DNA of 56,779 bases, filler included, from Jimgerdemannia flammicorona (lineage: Eukaryota): the NCBI GenBank assembly GCA_003990765.1. It is 3 parts of 3 records of this genome, joined end to end, with 100 filler letters (N's around TTAATTAATTAA, not from the genome) between each part and the next. Parts side by side here need not be neighbours in the genome. Positions count along the whole stretch, not along the records: positions 18,963 to 37,823 come from RBNJ01002087.1; positions 37,924 to 56,779 come from RBNJ01002088.1; 1 more part is not named here. One strand, written 5' to 3'. Within the stretch, counting starts at the first letter, position 1; each line of letters begins with the position of its first letter. The translations under genes were made by a program, and so were the position numbers. This document shows positions 27,651 through 40,709 of this stretch, in pieces. Below the pieces are notes generated by a model. The model saw nothing but the letters and a program-made list of their open reading frames with translations. It was not told the DNA's origin and searched no databases.

Positions 27651-28074
27651 TAGTACTCCCAAATGAGTCGAATCAATTCAAATTGAATTGAATTGAGGGT
27701 TAAATAAGTCAAATCGAATTGGGGATTTTTCAATTCGAATCAATTCGAATCAAATCAAAAGTCGAATTGAATTGAGGGTCTGATTTGAACCCTAATTTTC
27801 AAAATGCAATAACTCAGCGTAAACTCATCCAAATCTAACGTACTTTAGCTTGTTAGAATCACATTAATATGGTGAATCTAACAAGCTAAAATATGTTAAA
27901 TTTGGATGAGTTTTCGTCGAGTTATTACATTTTGAAAATTAAGGTTTGAATCGAACTTCAAATTGAATTGGACCTTTGATTTGATTTGAATTGAATCGAA
28001 TTGGACCCTTGATTTGATTGAATTGAATCGAGTTTGGGCCAAATTCGATTTGATTTGATTTGTTGGGAGCACTA
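27651..28074. mobile_element. hAT-type MITE 3
   Basis: TIRs TAGTACTCCC / GGGAGCACTA; perfect 8-bp TSD ATTATAAC; GAATT/GAATC subterminal pentamers and central hairpin. Confidence 0.88.
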
Positions 28075-30879
28075 ATTATAACTAAGGAGTTGGGAGGAGT
28101 TAACTTTTATATTATCAGTAAGATATACTGGAGAGATGTCTTATAAGAAGAAGAGGTAGTGCATAGGCTCCAGAATGAGATAATAGCTACTCTGCTGGAG
28201 GAGAAGAAGTATATAGTTGATAGAAAGTAGGAGGCAGAGCTTTTGGAGATTATAAATAAGTGTGTAGTATATCTGTGGGGTCTAAGGAAGATATTGGTAA
28301 AATGGCAGATAGTGTGTAAGAAGTACTGAATATCTATAGAGATAATGGATAGAAAAGACTATTAGGAGATATTAGTGGCTCTGGATGTTTAGCAGAGAGA
28401 GATAATCAAACTTGAGACTGAAAGAAACTTAGATATAGCTGACAATATAGTGAGTATTAAATTGTAGAGTAGACCAATTTACTATATATATTATTCTCTA
28501 TAAATAGTATAACTAGAATATTTTCTCTGAATATTAATAGATTAAGAGAGGCAAGATATTGAAGAAATATTTTCTCTTAGCTATAGAGACTAGATGCTGA
28601 TTTGTTCTTACTATAGGATATAAGATATGATAAGGACTCAGATATATAGAACTGAATAAGGAAATGAGAGAGGGTAGTAGTGTGGAAGAGCAGAGTGAGT
28701 ATTTTAGTGAGAAAAAGAAAGAGAGATATTAGAGATATTAAACACTAGAGGAGTAGAATGATATGGGAGATATAGAGGAGGATAAGTTGGGGTCTAGTAG
28801 TAACTGAGTTATACTATTACTTAGTAGAGAGAGGGGCTCAAGTAGAGTGAATAAGTAGATTGTGAGACTCAGACAGACTGGTGTAGGTAGAAATTTACTA
28901 TCTGGGTGAGAACTTCAATATAGTTTATAATAGTAAGCTGAATAGGACTAATAGTGGGTAGGAGTTGTCTGAAAGGAGCAGAGGAATGAAGAGTTGAGAG
29001 AAAATTGAAAGACTTAGCTCTCTGATAGATACTAACTGACAGGAGTAAAGAGATCACTAGATTTATATATACTAGATTAATGGGCTTGACTCTTAGATTG
29101 ACTGAATCCTAACTGCTAAGTATTGAGAAAGTAATGTCTGAGAATTATTAGAGACTATATAGTATCCTTAGTCTGATTTTTAGGATCTCTTAGGATGTAA
29201 AAGATTTGAAGAAATCTAGACATTGGTATCTGAATACTTCTTTATTGGATGAGCCCTCTTTGTAGAATATCTGAGTAGTGGACATTAGATCTAGAGTTTT
29301 TGAATAGTATATAGCAAGTCTTGCTATTGGAGATAGATAGTATCAGCTGAAGTCTGATACTTAATATTTCTGAAGAGAGGCTAGGAGAGTATAGAGTACT
29401 CAGAAGAGGGACCAGATATAGTAAGTCTTATATTAATTAAAGAGATTGTTGACAGAGTGGGTTGATCTACTAAAGGATGAGAAGATGGTTAATTAGAGGG
29501 TTCAGTATGTCAGATTAGATATAGAGAAACTGTAGAGTTTACTGAAAAGAAAAGAAGATATACAGATGAAAGATATAGTGATCTGGCTATAGTGATAAGG
29601 TTTAGAAGAGAGAGAATAGTCTACAAAGTTTTGTCAAGGCTTCTTTAGATAAAGAGGGTGAGATAGCAGTAAAATGAGATATTGGATAAGTTCAGAGAGC
29701 TGATGATAGAGACTTAGAGTATCTTAGATTAGTTGAGTAGATGTTAGGAGCTATTGTAGACCAAGAAGAAGGATGGGGAGAATATATATACTATTGAGCA
29801 GTATCTGGAGGACTGGTATTCAGATCTGGCTAAGAGTCTGAGTGAGCTTAGGATACTGGTTTGAGGAGAGAAGATTCTTCAAATCTTAGCTATGATAAGT
29901 CTCAAAATAGTACCTAGAGAGGATAGTCTGTTCTGGGATTTCTGGAAAAGAATGGTAAGTAATAGAGTAGTATTAGAGAAGATAATACAGATATATAATG
30001 AAGTTATTGACTCTAGAGAGTAGATTGGGAGACAGTATCTGGGGCTATAACTTTATTATATAAGAATAAAAGGAGAAGAGAGGAGTAGAAGAACTAAAGG
30101 CCAATTATACTTCTGAATATAGATTATAAGCTAGTTATAAAGATTTTAGTAGTAAGGTTATAAGGAGTGACTTAGTAGATACTAAGAGAGGAATAATGGA
30201 ACTTTATTAATAGCTGCTTAATTAGAGATAGAATAGCATAGATCTATAGTATTATTGAAGGAGTGAGAGCCTTTGCAGATAATATAGTAGTTGGACTGAG
30301 CTCTGTAGAGAATATAGTAGAATTGAAGAGAGTAGTAGAATAATATAAGAAGTACTTAGGGGCTAAGCTTAACTGATATAAATATGAGATACTAGTACTA
30401 GAAGGAGGTATAGTGGGAGAGAATCTGATAAGAATGATTGTTCTGATAGAAGAGGCAGTTCACTATCTAGAGATCTACTTCTCAGTATATGGCTCTTTAC
30501 TGCTCAGAGAGTAGTAAGAGTAGCAGCCAATGAAGTGGAAAAATATACTCCTCAGCTGAAGTGACTGATATATCTCTCTGATAGAAAGAGTGATAGTATT
30601 GATATATATTAATTATCTAAGCTATAATATCTGAGTTATTATCTAGATTTTCTGATATAGATAGTGAAAGACTTTTGAAAATAGCCAGATCTTAGATTTA
30701 GACTAAATATTATAGTTAGATTGGATAGAAGATATTGATGTTGCTAGTAAATCAGGAGAGTCTTAGTCTTGTGGACTTTATCAAGTACTTCTACTGCTTG
30801 AAAACATAGTAGCTGAAGAGAGCTAGTGAGCTAAGAGATCATAGTTGGATCTCTCTTATATAGAGAGTATAGAAGATAT

Positions 30880-33800
30880 TATAAGAGGGTTACTTATTAG
30901 AGTAACTGTTATGTAGTTCTGGAAGGGTTTTCTGGAAGTTCTGGATATTCTGGAAGACTGTTTTCTTAAGGTCAAGATCAATTTCATATTGAGTACATCC
31001 TCTATACTTATTGATTTCAAGATTAGATTGATATCTCAATCAAAGTCCTTTTTTGGACTAATTCTGAATGTTCAGAATTTTCCATATTTTAAGAAGTTCA
31101 AGAAACTAAGACCAGCTTAGTTGAATTGACATATCACTGCAGACAATACCCAATTAGGAAATTTCATGATGGGGTTAGGAGTGGGATCTAACAGAGAGCA
31201 GATTTACTTAAGAGTGGTTTGTAGATTATTAAATAGGTTTATTTGCTATTTATGATATTACTATACTAGGAGTAGTTGTGTAAAGGAATATTGTGGAAAT
31301 TGCTCAGGGGTTGTGTTTGGATTGTTCAAGTGTTCAAGTCTGTTCAAGTCTGAGATTCTGAGGTCTGAGAGAGGGGGTATTTATACTAGTGAGGGGTTAT
31401 CTAGACTATGCTGAATATAGATATAGCACTTAGTGCCTTGCTGAGTCAGAATGTAGTCATATAGTACAAGTGTGATCTGACATGTCAAGAGTTCATCTGA
31501 CTGCTGAGTTAGTTTACAGTTACATCATATAAGACTAATCTAACTATACTATAACTGCTAAGCTATCTATAGATTTAGATGCTGTTTGGTTAATCTTTGA
31601 TGATATTACTATTGATAACATCATCTTTGATAAAGTCTGAGCAGTTTTCTGACTTCTGACATCATCAGTTTCAAAGGTGTCATTACTTCTATCTCTTGCA
31701 AAATTAAGACTATCCTTGGTAGTAGTGGTTGTACAAGGATAACAGGTCTTGGTTCTCTTTTTTTTTGAACTGCTGGTGCATTTGTGAGAACTGACCATTC
31801 TTGTCTAGGGCAAGAGCTCCCAATGTTGTGGCTGGGGGTTCAAACCTCTCAGAAATGATATTTTCTATAATCTGAGACAATTTCTAATAGTAATATCTAT
31901 TATATAGATAGGCTTGAGATTGGTTTCAACAATGTTAGCTTTCTTGAGTTCAGATGAAGTATCTGTTATTCTCTAATAGAAGTAATACAAATAGAGCAAA
32001 TAGAGTTATTCAAATGTATTTTACTTCTGCTAAGTAATGAGGTCTTGTATAGTTGTAGTGTATCTTGGTCTTGAGTTGATAAGTGCAGTCCATGAACCTT
32101 TGATGGATAAGATAGGGTTCTTCTTGTCTCAGTTTGATTTTGGTACCTTCAGTTTCTTTTTATAATAGTACAGTATACCAAACTAGTTATAGAGATTCAG
32201 AGTTGGTCTTATGATTGTAGTACTTCTTCTGGTATTCTTATATCTTGGTAATAGTTTCTCATACTTGCTGGCATATTTTGTATAACCAGGTGATCTCTTC
32301 AGTAACTTGTTTTGTAGTCTTGTATGTAGTTTCCAAATTGGTTCTGAGGATGATATGTGATTTTGGTGGCTTGGAGATTGTATACTTACAACTCTCTCCT
32401 TCTTAGCTTTCAATGTCCTTGTCAAGGCCTTCTAATTTAATCTAGTATTGTTGTACCATTTGAATGGTTCTTGTGGCTGTATTTGTTGAGGATTTGTTCA
32501 ACTTTGTATTCTTCTTAGTCATTAATAATGACAGATGCAGGTAGTTCTGTAGTTTGGTTCAGAAATATGTCTCAGACTTTCTGGAGTAGGGGTCTAACAT
32601 GGCTGTCCACTTTGGAAAAGTCTTCTTCAGAGTTCTTGGGTTCTCCTTTAGATGAGCAGATGGAGATGGTAAAGAGAGGGCATTTCTTAGTCAATTTCTT
32701 GAGTTGTAGCTTATTGATGTAAGTGATATTTGGTCCAGAGTCACTAGAGCTGAGTGGGTCCTTTTTACCTTATAGTTTGAAGTTGTGGCATCCTTTCTTG
32801 ATGGTCAGAGAATGGTTTACCTAATCAATCATAGGGTTCTCTTGTTTCAACCATGGGGTTCCAAGAATGATTTCATTATCAGGAAGTGGTATGATCTAGA
32901 GAGTAATATGTACTCAGTAGTCATCAATTCAGAAGGGCAGATTGTGAACTTCCTTGCTAATGACATGGAAGGTTCTATCAGCTGTAGCAACTGCTTGAGT
33001 TTGTTGTACCAGAGATGTCAGGACCTTGAGTCTGTTGGCTATTTCTTCATTGATGAAGTTGCCTGAGGCACCACTGTCTATCATAATCTTGACAGATACT
33101 CAGTTGACAAAAGCTTGAAGTGTAAGTAGTTTGTCTAATCCAATAGTGGTGATTTCAGTTGTAGGAGCTTTTCTTCTATTGGTTCTTCTTTGAGCCAGTT
33201 TATTGACACAAGAAAAGTAATCATCAATCATTTGGGAAGAGTATATTTCAATATTATGAGGGCATTAGCTACTTGGTACATATCCATCTTCAATTTTTTT
33301 ATAGAATTGTTCTTTTTTATTCATAGTAGGTTGGGCTGGGGCCTTATTTGATAAGTCAAATCCTTTAGATCCTCAGATAGTGGGTAGTAGTTCAGGGACT
33401 TCCTTGACTGTCAGGGTTGACTCAATTTTCTCAAATAGGATCTGGATAATACAGAAACCAATGGGGATCTTGAAGAGTGTCCAACTATAGTTTCAGATGA
33501 GGACAATAATTTTGCCTGTGTAATCTTCATCAATGACTCCTCCTTTTACTGAGAGTCCTTTCAATGCTAGGCTACTGTGACAGTATATTCTTCCAATATA
33601 TTCTTCAGAGATTTGGATACTAATTCCTGTATAGACTTACTTGACCTCTCAGTTGGAAACTATAGTTTCTTTAGCTGCATACAGGTCATATCCAGCTGCC
33701 TTTTGACTTTCTTTGCTTAGGGCCTTGGCAGTTTGTCTTAACTTGACAAAGTCTAGTATTCTGGTAGTCAGGTTATTGAGGTGATACAGAGTAGTAATAG

Positions 33801-36800
33801 TTGCTCATATTACTGTTTGGGGTTTTCAGTTGAGGTAGATACTGGCCATGTATTCTGTCTTTTGGCAATAGAAGCATGCTTTGCTTCTTTGAAGTTCATT
33901 TCTTTCTCCTTCAGTAAGTTTCTTGAAGGTACTCAGCTAGGTAGGTTCATGATTTCTGGGTGTCCATGAGGTGGATGTGGAGGGAGCTTGAGATGCTTTG
34001 TGCTTGGGTTCTTCTTTCTTGGTCCAAGTCTTTTTCTTGTTGTTGAATTGTCTTCAGGGCAGAATTAGTCCAGCTGTTAGGATTTGCTTGACCATAGTCT
34101 TGATTCTTACCAGGTATTATTGTTGATAATTGCAATCCACCAGACATCCTTGTTCTCAGATTTTTCTTGTAAGCCATTTAGGTAGTACATTGAATAGATG
34201 ATCTGCTCTTATACTATTTCATACTTTGTCATTGGCAATATATCCTAGGCCAACAGTGTTCAAGAGTGACTCAAGTTTTGTATAGAAGGTTTTGAATTCT
34301 TCCTTACTATGTACATCAAATTTAAGGTTGTGGAGTTTTACTCAAGATTGTGTTCAGATTGTTCAAGTCTGAGTTTTACTCAAGATTTGGCAATTATGGT
34401 TTTGCTGCAGTATTGAGCAATCATGAGTTGTTTCAGTCCAGGGGCTGCAGGATGGACTCCATATCCTGGGGCATTGTTTGTTGTATTTTGGACAACAACT
34501 GCAGATCAGGTATTCTATGTAAGGGGTTTTTCAAGAAGGGTTTGCCACCATTCTTCAGCAGGCCCTCAGAAGAATGTAATAACTTAGCAGACATAGGCTG
34601 TAGTAGTAGTGAAGAGTTGTTCCAGAGTATAGTCTTGATTGTTTGTCAGAAAGTGGTCAGCAACTTACTCATTAGTCCATTGATTGGCTTCAAAGTTGGT
34701 ATCAACTACATTAATGAAGCTTTGAACTTCTTGTGCAGTACTATTGAAGGTAGGTAGGTTCAGATTTTTGATAGGTCAGGTCTGTTCAGCTAAGGCAGTA
34801 ATGGTTGCTATCATTATTGCTACTTGGGCTGTAAGGTCTAGAATCTGTTGGTTTTCCATATTGTTTGCTAAAGATGATTAAACTACTGGTAGTAGTGTTA
34901 CTGGTACTACTTGAGGTACTGGTGCAGAGTGTGAGAGTGTTCTTTGAGTCTGTGTAAGTTACTAGAGTAGTAGTTGTGAGTCTGGAGTAAGGGCTTGATA
35001 AATAGCTATCTGTTGCTGTGTAAGTATATTCTGTCCTGATAGAGGTGTGTCCCATTCAGTAGTATATCTGGGATCAAATTCACTGAAATACTCCTCCTTC
35101 TCTTTGACTTGGTCCCCATATAGTTGGGTTTGCTCAGTGTCAAAGTAGACAGAATTAGTTGTATATCTGATTTCAGATAGACTTAATTCAAAGTCAAGTT
35201 CTGGTTCAGTATTGATTTCAGGTTCAGGTAGAGCCATAGCAGGGCCTGCTTTTGGTTCAGAGTCAGGTTATAGGTAAAGGGTTTCTCTTGCTTCTTCCTT
35301 AAGAATATAGCAGGCCTTGCTATTCTGAAATCAGTAGTATAATACAGTCTTGGTTCTGGTATGGTGAAAGTCAGTAGAGTTGAGCTACTTGGCTATAGAG
35401 GCTTGGGCTTTGTAAGGAACTAAGGTTAGAAATACTGCTACTGGTTATCTTAGGCCACTCAGATTTGTGGAGCTGATAAAACTCTTATTGAGAAGAGTAA
35501 AGAAGACTTCTATAAGACCTTCTTCATCTTGACTTACAGAGTATAGGGCAAGGAGTTCAGTGAATAGAGTTTTGCCTATCTGTTGATTTAATCAGAGTAC
35601 TTCTTTCTTTAAATAAAGTTTGTCCCACTTGTTATAGGTGTAGAGGTCAAATTATCCTTATATGTCAGGTTCAATTCTCTCCAGATTATCAGATGGTTTA
35701 GGATAAATTCTAGTTCAGAGGTTGGGTTTTATACTAACTTGTAGAAATTCTCAGAGGGGTTTGTAGCAGAGTGAGAAAGTGTCTTAAAGTAGAATTGGAT
35801 TATAAACCACTGCTACTAAGTTGTAAGAGGGTTACTTGTTAGGATAACTGTTACATAGTTTTGGAAGGGTTTTTTGGAAGTTCTGGATATTCTGAAAGAC
35901 TGTTTTCTTAAAGTCAAGATCAATTTCATATAGAGTATATCCTCTACACTTATTGATTTCAAGATTGAGTAGATATCTCAACCAAAGTCCTTTTTCAGAC
36001 TAGTTCTGGATGTTCAGGATTTTTCATATTTCAGGAAGTTCAAAAAACTAAGACCAGCTTAGTTAAATTGGCATATCGCTGCAGACAATACCTAATTAGG
36101 AAATTTCATGGTAGGGTTAGGAGTGAGACCTAACAGAGAGTAGATTTACTTAAGAGTAGTTTATAGGTTATTAAATAGGTTTATTTGCTATTTATAATAT
36201 TACTATACTAGAAGTAGTTGTGTAAAGGGATATTGTGGAAATTGCTCAGAGGTTGTATTCAGATTGTTCAAGTATTTAAGTCTGTTCAAGTCTGAGATTC
36301 TGAGGTCTGAAGGAGGGGGTATTTATACTAGTGAGGGGCTATCTGGACTATACTGAATATAGATATAGCACTTAGTATCTTACTGAGTCAAAATGCAGTC
36401 ATATAGTATAAGTGTGATCTGATATATCAAGAGTTCATCTGACTGCTGAGTCAGTTCACAGTCACATTATATAAGGCTAATCTAACTATACTATAACTGC
36501 TAAGCTATCTATAGATTTAGATGCTATCTGGTTAGTCTTTGATAATATCACTATTGATGATATCATCTCTGGCAAAGTCTGAGCAGTTTTCTGACTTCTG
36601 ACATCATCAGTTTCAAAGATGTTGTCACTTCTATCTCTTATAAGATTAAGGCTATCCTTGGTGGTGGTAGTTGTACAAGGATAACAGGTCTTAGTTCTCT
36701 TTTTTTTTTGACTGCTGGTATATTTGTGAGGACTGACCATCCTTGTCTAGGACAAGGGCTCTCAATGTTGCAGCTAGGGGTTTGAACCTCTTAGAAATGA

Positions 36801-37336
36801 TATTTTCTATAATTTAAGACAATTTCTAGTAGTAATATCTGTCATATGGATGAGCTTGAGATTAGTTTCAACAATGTTGGCTTTCTTGAGTTCAGATGAA
36901 GTATCTATCATTCTCCAATAGAGGTGATACAGATAGAGTAAATAGAGTTGTTCAAATGTATTTTACTTCTACTAAGTAATGAGGTCTTGTATAGTTGCAG
37001 TACATATATCTTGGTCTTGAGTTGATAAGTGTAGTTCATGAACCTTTGATGGATGAAATAGAGTTCTTCTTGTCTTGGTTTGATTTTGGTATCTTTGGTT
37101 TCTTTTTGTAATAGTACAGTATACCAAACTAGTTATAGAGGTTTAGAGTTGGTCTTATGGTTGTAGTACTTCTTCTGGTATTATTATATCTTAGCAGTAG
37201 TTTCTTATACTTGCTGGTATATTTTGTATAATCAGGTGATCTCTTCAGTAACTTGTTTTGTAATCTTACATGTAGTTTCCAAATTGGTTCTGAGGATGAC
37301 ATGCAATTTTGATGGCTTGGAGGTTGTGTGCTTATA
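30880..37336 (-). mobile_element. Non-autonomous Ty3/Gypsy chromovirus: LTR-gag(CCHC)-dUTPase-protease-[RT/RH/IN deleted]-chromodomain-LTR
   Basis: LTRs 30880-32390 and 35822-37336; TSD GATAT (30875-30879, 37337-37341). PBS-like TAGTAGCAGTGGTTTATAATCC (iMet-like, 35818-35797) and PPT at ~32392-32403. Zn knuckle CFYCQKTEYMASIY ~33836-33878, protease IMIDSGASGNFI ~33048-33087, chromodomain-like VIIND*EEYKVEQIL ~32488-32532. Confidence 0.9.
33353..33760 (-). pseudogene. Retrotransposon-borne trimeric dUTPase (decayed)
   Basis: All five motifs appear in order: AAGYDLYA, GRIYCHSSLA, GGVIDEDYTG, CIIQILF, I*GSKGFDLS. Confidence 0.88.
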
Positions 37337-37546
37337 GATATAGTTCTTCTCCAGAGGAGTATCTGGTAACTTACTCTCTCTGATAGTACTTAAGGAGAGT
37401 CATAGGATATATTATAAGGGCTTCTGATAGGGGATAGTTGATAGAGCCTATCATATTAGTATCTACTGGCAGAGTGATAAGGGTGAGGAGAACTGGAGAC
37501 ACTGGATGTAAAGGTGAGACTATCTTCTATTGGGGAGATACAGTAT

Positions 37547-37752
37547 GTTCCAAAACTGAACCAATGTTTTATTAAATTTTATATTTTAATTATTTAAATA
37601 AAAATACTCTAAATAAATATATTTTATATTATAATATTTTATAGTTTTATATTAGAGATATTTAAAAATATTAAATTTATTGTTTTTAAATTTTTATTTT
37701 ATTTTTAAAAAAAAATCTAAAAAAAAAAATTTATTGGTTCAGTTTTGGAACC
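37547..37752. repeat. AT-rich inverted repeat, possibly a DNA-transposon end
   Basis: TTCCAAAACTGAACCAAT ... ATTGGTTCAGTTTTGGAA flanking an AT-rich spacer. Confidence 0.5.
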
Positions 37753-37823
37753 AAATTATTTATAAATATTCTTTATTTAATAGATAGACAATAAATTGAG
37801 ATATATATTTAAAACTTATTATA

Positions 37824-37923
37824 NNNNNNNNNNNNNNNNNNNNNNNNNNNNNNNNNNNNNNNNNNNNTTAATTAATTAANNNNNNNNNNNNNNNNNNNNN
37901 NNNNNNNNNNNNNNNNNNNNNNN
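37824..37923. other. Assembly gap with six-frame-stop linker
   Basis: N run with central TTAATTAATTAA. Confidence 0.97.
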
Positions 37924-38079
37924 AAAAAAAAAAAAAAAGTCAAGCTAAAGAGAAATTATTATAATAAAAATACCAAGCTGGCAGAAGAACAAAGAAAACT
38001 CATTAACCAGAATTATTCTATACTGAAAAGCAAGCCATCATACTACAATATTAATGTAGTTGTATATTACAGTTATGTA

Positions 38080-38900
38080 TAACTGAGCTCAAAATGTTCA
38101 TATGCTCCATTCAGATCAACAGATTGGTAAAATTTATTATCTTAGTGCTTGCAAAGTATACCTGTTTGATATTCAAGATGAAGTAGTATATAAGCAAATT
38201 AATTATGTCCTTGATGAGAATAAATTACTTGAGAAGAGTCTGAATGATATATTAAGCTGAGTTTTTGATGGAATTAAGTAATTGAATAAAGATGAAAAGT
38301 ATTTAAAAATCACTTACAATAATGCAGATAGACAAAACAAAAACAATATGACTCTTTGATTTTACTTATACTTGATAGTTACTGATTATTATGAAAGTAT
38401 TGAATTATACTTCATAGTTCTGGACCATATTAAATTTAAGTATGATAGTGATTTTGGTCTAATCAAAAGACTCTATTGCAAAACCACAGTAGATTATATT
38501 GGTTATATTATAGATATAGTGAAAAGGTCCAGTATTGTGAGACTAAATAAAGCTCAGTATTATAATAGTAGCAAGGGCTTTCAATATTTTGATATTCTGA
38601 GTAGTTTGGAAATTTACTTCAAGAAGTTGCTTGACCTACAAAAGTTTCAGTACTTTCTTTTTACTAGTACTAAGCTGGATATTGTCAAAGCTTAAGAATT
38701 TACTAATGAATCTTTTCAGAAATTCAAACTGTTAAAGATAGGCAAATGGGAGGCTTCAACAGTTATAGGAAAAATCAAGACCTGTTATTTCCAATACTGG
38801 TGCCTTCTCTTATAAAATTGAAATATCAGGAATATCTTTATCACAATATTCACTCATTTGTCTGAGATAAATTTAAGAATACTACTTGTCCAAGGTCAAC
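38080..38900 (+). mobile_element. Sola-like DDD transposase remnant
   Basis: QINYVLDE...KITYNNADRQNKNN...FIVLDHIKFKYDSDFGLIKR is a mutated form of the DNCxGQNKN...GHTKF..D..FG.IK motif set. Confidence 0.65.
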
Positions 38901-40627
38901 CTATTCTAACAATGAATAATAAATAAAATATCTAGAATAAAATCAATTATCTCTATTATCTCATTACTTTTCTTTTGTCCTTTTTGCTGTCAAGTTTTAA
39001 TCTTTTGACAAATATTGCTAGCTTTTTCTGCCTTTAAAGTGAAAGGATATTAAAATAATATTTATAATTGATTATAAGAATAAATGTAATAAAAACCCAT
39101 AATAAACAATATATTAAATAAACTCCAAGAGAGAAATAAACAACTTTTAGAAGAAAACAAAATACTAAAAAAAAGATTTGATATTATGAAAATGAACAAT
39201 TTAACTAAATAGGAAATAAGAGAGATTGTTGGTAGTTTAAACTCAAATCTGGATAAAGAATACATAAAAGCAATTAAAGATTATTTTGAATTTTGCCCTC
39301 ATGAATTACAGCACTTTGGAGATAAAGAGTTTAGAAAAGGTTTTGTTTTTTGTATTTATATATATCAATATACAATGTCTTGATAAGTAAAAGCTAATAA
39401 AGAAGTTAAAAGTTTATACATAAAAAGAGAAGAATAAGCTAGTTAAAAAGAATCACATGCTTCTTTCTCCACTATCTTACTGGTCACATTGGTTTGGTAG
39501 GCAATTTTCCAAGTCTACTTTCTATAATTATTATACCCTCTACCTCAGATTAGTTTACTGTATCTGTTGCAGAGTAGTGAGAGGAAGGCAATTGTGATGA
39601 GTTGTCCCTTTATTGATATCAGATCAGTGTCTTCTCCACTTTTTTATAGCTTCTGATACCTTCAGCTATATCTAGAGTACATCTATTTTAGTATGGCACC
39701 TTCTTCCTTTTACTATTGCTAACAAGGTACTGTCTTAGTATATCATAGGCTATATAGGGAGTTGGCTGACCTTGGGCATCAAGTGTTCAGTGTAGGTTAT
39801 CTACAAGTCCTCAATATCTATAGTGAGACTTTCTGGCTTTGGCAAGCTTTCCAGTGAGTACAGTTCTGGTATAGGTAACTACTTTTCAGATGTTGTTAGA
39901 ATAGGAGGAGAGATGGCTATCACAGATAGAAGAAAGGGTGATAACAGTAGACCAGTAGGGTGCTAGGCTGGGGGCAGTCATTGGGGCTGGAGCAGATGTT
40001 GCTTTGGTGGAGCCTTTTGATTAGTATAGAGTAGTTAGATGGTAGATGTTACTCTCGGCTTCTTTTGGTAATTCAGTGAATTGGGCTCTAGTCATTGGGG
40101 GAATCAGAGAGCCTGAGGCTACCCATTTCAGACATCTTGGCTACACTCAACTAGAACTGAGAGCTAATATAGCAATATAATTGAGGCCTGCAGGCTTAAG
40201 TAGTAGAGTATTGGAGGTCTCCTCCCATCTTACATATAAGTTCTTTACTCATCTCAACTGAGAGAACTAGGCTCTACCCACTATAATATACTTTGATGAG
40301 GGTTTTTCTTTATTTGTCATTCTCTTTGAGGTGATAGAAGTTATTCTATTCAGCTCAAGCATGGCCTTATATATATGTTGGGGTCTTGGGTATGTACTTT
40401 TGGTTGTTGGCATATGGCTGGGTTCCTCCTAATGGTAGGTAGAGTATAGTATATAAAATAAGGTATAGGCCAACATATGTAGGTCCTGCTGCACCTGGTA
40501 TAGTTGAGCTGCTGGATAATAGCTAGCCTAAGTTAATAGGGAGGCAGTACTTGATGGGTGGTGGGGGAGGGTTTTGGCCTATATAGTCTAGGTTCTCTTC
40601 TTATAAAAATTCATGGAATATTGAGTT

Positions 40628-40709
<82 letters not shown>

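Larger units (their letters stand above)
23400..28500. repeat. Heavily mutated transposon-derived DNA upstream of the LINE ORF2 (possible 5'UTR/ORF1), with an internal duplication
   Basis: CpG-depleted, TAG/CTA-rich and purine-skewed on the plus strand. ~24440-25560 resembles ~26430-27560; 23605-23760 resembles 40153-40200. Confidence 0.5.
28513..37540 (+). mobile_element. Decayed non-LTR retrotransposon (LINE) ORF2, APE endonuclease plus RT, split by the LTR element at 30880-37336
   Basis: RIFSLNINRLRE...DADLFLL*D (APE N-terminus, ~28515-28625); LRPIILLNIDYKLVIKILVVRL (RT, ~30094-30160); RAFADNIVV (FADD, ~30267-30293); YLEIYF (YLG-like, ~30461-30480). Confidence 0.75.
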
